Shown: positions 57,371 through 64,000 of the stretch, in pieces
How positions within the stretch are numbered: the stretch's first letter is position 1
How the letters are laid out: every line of letters starts with the position of its first letter
Source of the DNA: the human T2T-CHM13v2.0 reference genome, Homo sapiens
Direction: 5' to 3' (one strand)
DNA length: 64,000 bases
Assembly (NCBI RefSeq): GCF_009914755.1
Contig: NC_060934.1
Position numbers and translations under genes: made by a program
Notes under the pieces: model-generated
What the model was told of the DNA's origin: nothing
Databases searched by the model: none
What the model saw: only the letters and a program-made list of their open reading frames with translations

Positions 57371-60285
57371 GATCAATATGCATGTGTAGGAAGTTAGAAT
57401 ATTGATGTATTAACTAACTTGTTTATTCCCCCATCCTCCTTTGTCTCCTGTGACTCTCCTCAACTCCACTGGGGCAGCTCCTGGGAAGAAATGATAGAAC
57501 AGAAGGGAAGAACGAGCAGGCAATTCTTTGTATTTGGCTTTAAAATAGGCCGTTGTAAACAATTGCCTTGAGAAAAAAAAAAGTGTTTTGAGTTGCAAAA
57601 GCCTGGATTCTTAAGGCTCCAGAACAGAATAATAGTTTTAGAAGACAATGTTCTCAGTTCTAGAGTTTTTCCTCCCCTTTGAATGCAATCTCCTTAAGAA
57701 AGGAGAGTTGGTGATACATAGACACTGATGGTTCCCACAGAGAGACCCTATGCCTGGGTCCCCACTGCTGGGGCTGTTCCTTTGAGAAAGCTTTGGGGAT
57801 CCAGCAGCAGGGAAGGTCTGTGCCTTGCTTCCAGTGTGGAGCTAGGAGAGGCAGCAAGCTTCACAGATGCCCGTTTGGCAGTATGGCGGGGAAGCAATGG
57901 CGTAGAAATGGTGAAAGGGGTGTCTGAACAGAGGAGCCTGAGACACCCTCACAAGGTCCCCAAAACCCAGACGGCTGGGGGAGCAGTAGGATGCTTTCTA
58001 GAGAGACCCAGCGATAGGCAAAGGCCATTGATAGAAAGCTGGACCCAAGAGGCTTTATAGTTAGGAATGAAAGGGCTCTGTGTGTACTCATGCCCTGAGG
58101 CTCGGTGAGACGGAGGGTATCCCAGAGGATGCCAGTGAGGTCAGACAAGCACCAGGGACCAGAGCCCTTCCCTGATGCCTTGGAACTGCCTAACCTCCCC
58201 AAATTAGGCCCAACCACGGGCAGGAACAGTACCCTTAATATTACGTATCAGAGTAATGAGATATGAACTAGAAATTGTCAGTTGCAAAAAAAAAAAAATT
58301 GTTTTTAATTTAATAAACTTGCACCTGTGACCTGGGATTCTTACCTGTGACACATATTTTTCATGGGTGCTAATATTTGAACTCACATATCTCCTTAGAG
58401 CTCACCAAACACCTGAAAAAAAAATGTGACTTGAGAATAAACACTCCTCTGTTCTTTGAAGTGTTTTTACATTTCATTATTAGTTGAACTGGTGTCTGGC
58501 TCCTAAGATTCTTTGATAAACATCTCAGACATGGACATTATTAACATCACGTTCACAGTTTTAGTGGAGTGATTTCTCAGACTTGGCATATTTTAGTAGT
58601 GGAACCCTCTTTTCAAACAAAATATGAAGAACCCCAGTATACAGTTAGGACTGGTTCTCTGGTGAGAGATGAGAATCTGCTCCTTCCTCATGTCCCCTTT
58701 CACCCTCTAAGGAGACCCTGGAGACATCCTTTGTAACCCCGGTGGCTCATGCCCAAGCTTGGAAATCACCAAGTATTTAGACGGCTCCAGTCCTGATTGT
58801 CTTGGGAAGAATAAATGAAATGGTAACAGCTCACTTAGCTGGCCGGCCCTCGGCTCCCAAGTCCGTAAAATGAGCAGAATAGACAAGCCCAATGGTGTGA
58901 TTGTCATGAGAATCTACTGAGTGGTTTTAAGGATGTCTTTGCTTGGCCCTCCAACTCTCTCCTCCCCATGCTGAGATTAGTCTGGGGTGGGGCCCAGGAA
59001 TCTACATTTTCAAAAGGCTACCCCCAGACCCAGTTATTCCAGTATGCATCCAGGATGAGAATCTTGGAGGAAGATGAACTTTGAGGACTGCTATCAAAAA
59101 TAAAATGCCAGGAATAGGAATTTGGGAGAAGAGACATCTCATATTTTAGCCAAATCTTTAAGTGACTGGAACAATTTCCTGGTTTACCTTAGTTTGATGA
59201 TCCAATTGGAACAAACTCTAGAAGGCAGAAGGATTTTTGAGGACTCATAGGAAGTAGAAATAATACATTTCATTTTCAATTTCAGTGGTGTTAAATTAGA
59301 CAGTGAAGCAGAACAAATTCTATTCTCCTAAGAATACAAGCATTTCTCTCTAGCAAAGAGTCCTTGAAATAGTTATTTGTCCTTGGCTCTTTGGAAAATC
59401 ATGGCTCATTGCCAGATAGGTACAGAAAAATGGTAATTTTATTCATGTAAATGTCAATATTGCCTTCATTAGGTAAAAATGTTAAAATCAGTGTTTGAAA
59501 ATTTTGGAGCCTAGTTACCATATAATTAAATTAAGTCTCAGCTACAATTTTGCCTTCTTTGAGAAGGGTATTACTCTATTTTTGTTAAATATTTAAAAAT
59601 TAACCTATAAGGAAATGAAAATCATCATTTTAATCTTGTCTCATATTTGTTTAATAATCTCAAATGATTAATTTTCTAATTAAGGAAATGGAATTGATTT
59701 TGGAAAGTTATGTAGTATTCATGGTTGAAGTTTTCAATATTTCACTATGACATTTAGCCTAGCTTAATAGAAATTCTTCTGCAGTTTTCTAGCAGAGCTT
59801 TCCCAAAATGTGTCTTACCGCCACTGCAAGAGGTTAATAGCAGTCATATAGACAAAATATTTCTATACTGAAAGACGCTTGGGGAGCACACTATATATAT
59901 ATGAATTTAAATTTTAAATACCCTAATTAAAGTTCTTAGAAATTCCCTTTATAATAGATGATTTTACCTCGAGGCTATTTATAGACTTAGTATAAAAGGT
60001 AGAGACAGACTTTATTTAAGTCGTTACTTTCAGCCCCATCTCTGTTTACTCGGAGAACACAAGGAGGAGTGTCTTACTTATGCTTTCTGATTCTTGGGTT
60101 TGCGTATGGAGATATTGACAGGTAATTTGGTAACTCTAAGCAGCTCAAGTAGATCAAGGTCTAAGTAGTAAGGTTCCTCTCAGAATTCTGAGGGATATGC
60201 ACATGGGAAAGACACAATTTTGGGGTGAGTTGTTGGAGATTTTTATCCCTTCATCAGAGTAAAGTCCTGCATGTGATGTAGTATC

Positions 60286-60460
60286 TGCACTATCCAATAT
60301 TGTAGTCACTGGCCACATGTGGTTATTTAAATTTAAATGATAGTTAAGCAAAATTAAATACAATTAAAAATTCAGCTCCAAAGATACACTAGTCACATTT
60401 CAAGTACTCAGTAGCTACATATTTTTTTTCATCATCATAGAAAATTCCACTGGAAACACA
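60286..60460. mobile_element. MER3/MER33-like hAT-Charlie
   Basis: tccaatattgtagtcactggccacatgtggttatttaaattt..ctagtcacatttcaagtactcagtagctaca. Confidence 0.75.
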
Positions 60461-60664
60461 GTTGTAAAATATCAGTCCTAGCTGTTGAAGTCTAACTCAG
60501 GATTAGAGTTTTGTACTGTCTCATTGGTCTGGGGCCTCTCCCATCCATCTACACTGAGCTCGTGTGTCTTGACAATTGGTTTTCATTCTACAATTCACGT
60601 GATTTTGTCTCTCAGTACTATTGTCAGCTCTACTTTAACATTTAGGTACTGTTACAATCCTTCC

Positions 60665-61110
60665 CTTTGTTATTTATTCAATTTTTCATGGTCTTGTGGG
60701 TTGGCTGGGCTCAGTTGGGGTTCTTCCTCTTCATATGATATTGGCTAGGATCCCTCATGTGATTACAATCTGCTGGGAGCTTGGCTTGGGCTGGAATGTC
60801 CAAGATGGCTTCTCGCACATGTTGGGCACTTCACCTAGGTTGGCTGCAAGCTGGATGGGCCTGTTTTTCTCTCTCTTACATTACGGCCAACCCCAGGTTT
60901 CACTCCATAATCAAGTAAAAGCAGAAGTTGCCAGATCTCTTAAGGGCTGGGCATTTGCACAGCACCACTTCCATCATATTCTATAAGTTGCTGCAAATCA
61001 CAGTGTCAATGGGAGTTAAAAGGAGGTGAAATGGTCTTCACTGTTGATGGGAGGAGCAGCTTGCTGGTGTTGGGAAGGGATGGATTTTTGGTAGTCATCT
61101 TTGCAAGTTT
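60665..61110 (-). mobile_element. Old MLT1-type LTR
   Basis: gggctggaatgtccaagatggcttctcgcacatg..caccacttccatcatattcta..ttgatgggaggagc. Confidence 0.65.
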
Positions 61111-62589
61111 CTATACTTTTTTGTAGTTTATCTAAACCCCCTTTTGTCATCATCTAAGACAGTTCTTAATGGTACATACTATAACTGTATAGTTAAATAT
61201 ATTCACTTAAATATATTTAACTATAGTTATATAGCAATAACCATTCACTCTATATATAGCAATAACAATTCACTCTATAATTTTTACACACAGTAATATA
61301 TACTCATAAATAATATTGTCTACAGCATCTAGGAACCAGAGGTGGAATCATTATAAGCTGTTGAGGTAAGAAAGGTAGGGGAAGAAGAGTGTGAAATGAA
61401 GATTTTCCTTCAAACCTTTCTCTTCCATTTCTCTCTTGAAAAATTACAGTGCACATAAGTGTAGTAAAAATCTGAGCAGTTCTGCAGAAAAGATAATTTT
61501 TTTTCCAAAGGGAATTTGGGCTTGTCTTCATTCATATTTATCTGTCATGAAATGATTTCCCCATTTTGTTTTGAAATTCTTAAAAGAAATTATTAGGCAG
61601 GGAAGTCATAAGTAAAAGAATATGTGATGCTAAAACCCATTCATAATTTAAGCATGCAATTGAAAACCAAGATACCATATTTTACAAATTATATTATCCA
61701 CAATTAGAACCCTGATATTGCCCAGGATAAAAATGTGTGTATGTGTGTGTGCATGCACATTTGTGTGTGTTGAGGGAGTGAGAGTAGTATAAACATGTAA
61801 GAATATAAATTTAAAGATATTTTCAGAAAATATTTTGACAATATTTACAAAATTGAAAAGGCATGTCATTTAAGTAAACAATTCCACTTTTGAGAGTTCA
61901 CCATTATTCCAATAAATCCTTAGTGAACTTTCCCCTTTTTAAGGTACTCTATTTACTGATTTTGTGTGTGTGTGTCTTAAGGAAACACAGAAATACCAAA
62001 GTGTGAGATAACAATCATTCTCAAGTAAGTCACATCAAGATCTGCATGCTCCTTTCTGAAAAGAATGACTTCACATGATTGCTACAAACTGAACATGGAA
62101 TGATTGCAGAGTTTATGGAAAATCTATGTTCAAAAAACTATTCCAGCACGTTGTTTAATATCACTTTACCAAATTAGCAATAGGTACTTTCTCTTAGAAC
62201 AGTTCTCAAAGGGGCACTCACAAAGATTTCCACCTTAATCAAAAGAGCCAGAACGTACTCTCCCTTTGAAGATGTCACTCACAGTAGGCAAAACCCCCCA
62301 TGATCATGTTGGTAAAACATGGTGAGTCCAGAGAGCTCAGATGTTTGAAAGACTTCTGCTCACCAGCAATGAACAGAAGCCAATGTTATAACATCTGAAT
62401 TCTGGATGATATTCACTTGAGTAGAGAATAAAGAGATTGTACAATACATTTTAAAAACTGGTTTCTTAGTCTCTTGGGTCCCTGAAATTTCTGTCCCATT
62501 ACTTACTATAACCAAAATTTGCTTAAAGGGCTAATCCTTGATTTTGCAAGCACCTAATTCAATTTTTGTGTGCAATAAAAAAGGGAAAT

Positions 62590-64000
62590 AACAAAACAGA
62601 TGTTAAACTAACAAAGATTAAGAAAGACAAAGAAGGGCATTACATAGTGGTAAAGGGTTCAATTCAACAAGAAGATCTAACTATCCTAAATATATATGCA
62701 CCCAACACAAAAGCACCCAGATTCATAAAGCAAGTTCTTAGAGACCTACAAAAAGACTTAGACTCCCACACAAGAATAGTGAGAAATTGCAAAACTCCAC
62801 TGACAGTATTAGACAGGTCATCAAGGCAGAAAATTAACAAAAATATTCAGGACCTGAACTCAACATTGGACCAAATGGATCCGATAAACCTTTACAGAAC
62901 TCTCCACCCAAAACAAACAGAATATACATTCTTCTCATCACCACATGTTCATACTCTAAAACTGACCACACAATCAGACATAAAATAATCCTCAGCAAAT
63001 ACAAAAGAATCAAAATTATACCAAATACAGTATCAGACCACAGCACAATAAAAATAGAAATCAAGACTTAAAAAATCACTCAAAACCATACAAATACATG
63101 CAAATTAAACAACTTGCTCCTGAATGCCTTTTGGGTAAATAATGAAATTAGGCAGAAATCAAGAAGTTCTTTGAAACTAATGTGAGCAAAAATAACAACA
63201 TACTAGAATCTCTGGGACACAGCTAACGCAGTGTTAAGTGGGAAAATGTATAGCACTAAATGCCCGCATCAAAAAGTTAGAAAGATCTCAAATTAACAAC
63301 CTAACATTACAATTAAAAGAACTAGAGAAGCAAGCGAAAACCACTGCAAAGGAAGCAGAAGACAAGAAGTAACCAAATTCAGAGCTGAACTGAAGGAGAT
63401 TAAGACATGAAAAACCATTCAAAGGATCAATGAATCCAGGAGTTGGTTTTTTGAGAAAAATAATTAGGCCACAAACTAGACTAATAAAGAAGAAAAGAAA
63501 AGAGATCCAAATAAACACAATCAGAAATGATAAAGGGGATGTTACCGCTGATCCCACTGAAATACAAATAACCATCAGATAATATTAAAAACAGCTCCAT
63601 GCACACAATCTAGAAAACATAGAAAAGATGGATAAATTCCTGGACACATACACCCTCTCAAGAAGAAATCAGGAAGAAATTGATTTGGACCAATAATGAG
63701 CTCCAAAATTGAATCAGTAATAAACAACCTACCCACCAAAAAAAGCCCAGGATCAGATGAATTTGCAGCCGAATTCTACCAGATGTACAAAGAAGAGCTG
63801 GTACTATTCTTACTGAAACTATTCCAAAAAACCAAAGAGGGACTCCTCCTCAATTCATTCTAGGAAGTCAGCATCATCTTGATATCAAAACCTGGCAGAG
63901 ACACAACAAAAAAAGAGAACTTCAGGCCAATATCCTTGATGAACACTAATGTAAAAATTCTCAATAAAATACTTGCAAACTGAATCTAGCAGCACATCGA
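62590..64000 (+). mobile_element. 5'-truncated primate L1 (older L1PA/L1PB), ORF2 pseudogene running off the right edge
   Basis: Translates KKDKEGHYIVVKGSIQQEDLTILNIYAPNTKAPRFIKQVL (endonuclease) and [11 protein letters not shown] near the end; multiple stops and frameshifts. Confidence 0.95.

Noticed and set aside
62566-62988. 140-aa endonuclease-like ORF
   Set aside because: Fragment of a 5'-truncated, frameshifted L1 ORF2 with no promoter or true start.

Overview
Primate (almost certainly human) genomic DNA, not prokaryotic. The left 9.5 kb holds the 5' end of RTKN2 (rhotekin-2) on the minus strand. It includes a CpG-island promoter (~8.8-9.75 kb) with NRF1, ETS and GC-box motifs, coding exon 1 (9168-9227, MEGPSLRGPALRLAGLPTQQ) and exon 2 (3239-3435, DCNIQEKIDLEIRMREGIWKLL..., HR1/REM-1-type Rho-binding region). 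The remaining ~54 kb is upstream intergenic sequence (from memory 10q21, towards ZNF365), dense in Alu, L1, L2, MIR, hAT/Tc1-mariner relics and solo LTRs; nearly all other listed ORFs are spurious. The best second-look items are four. (i) A CpG-rich solo LTR12C (ERV9) inserted inside an Alu with perfect TSDs ~11 kb upstream of RTKN2, with intact promoter motifs and a GTGAGT donor/AP-1 site in U5. (ii) A ~230-bp (TA)n-rich scar in an old L1 that carries a 57-bp copy of sequence 2.9 kb away, joined by TATA microhomology. (iii) A short L1PA insertion with an apparent 3' transduction. (iv) A competing frame-shifting RTKN2 exon-1 donor. I see no supportable novel protein-coding system. Repeat subfamily names come from recalled consensus sequences, and boundaries of old repeats are approximate.
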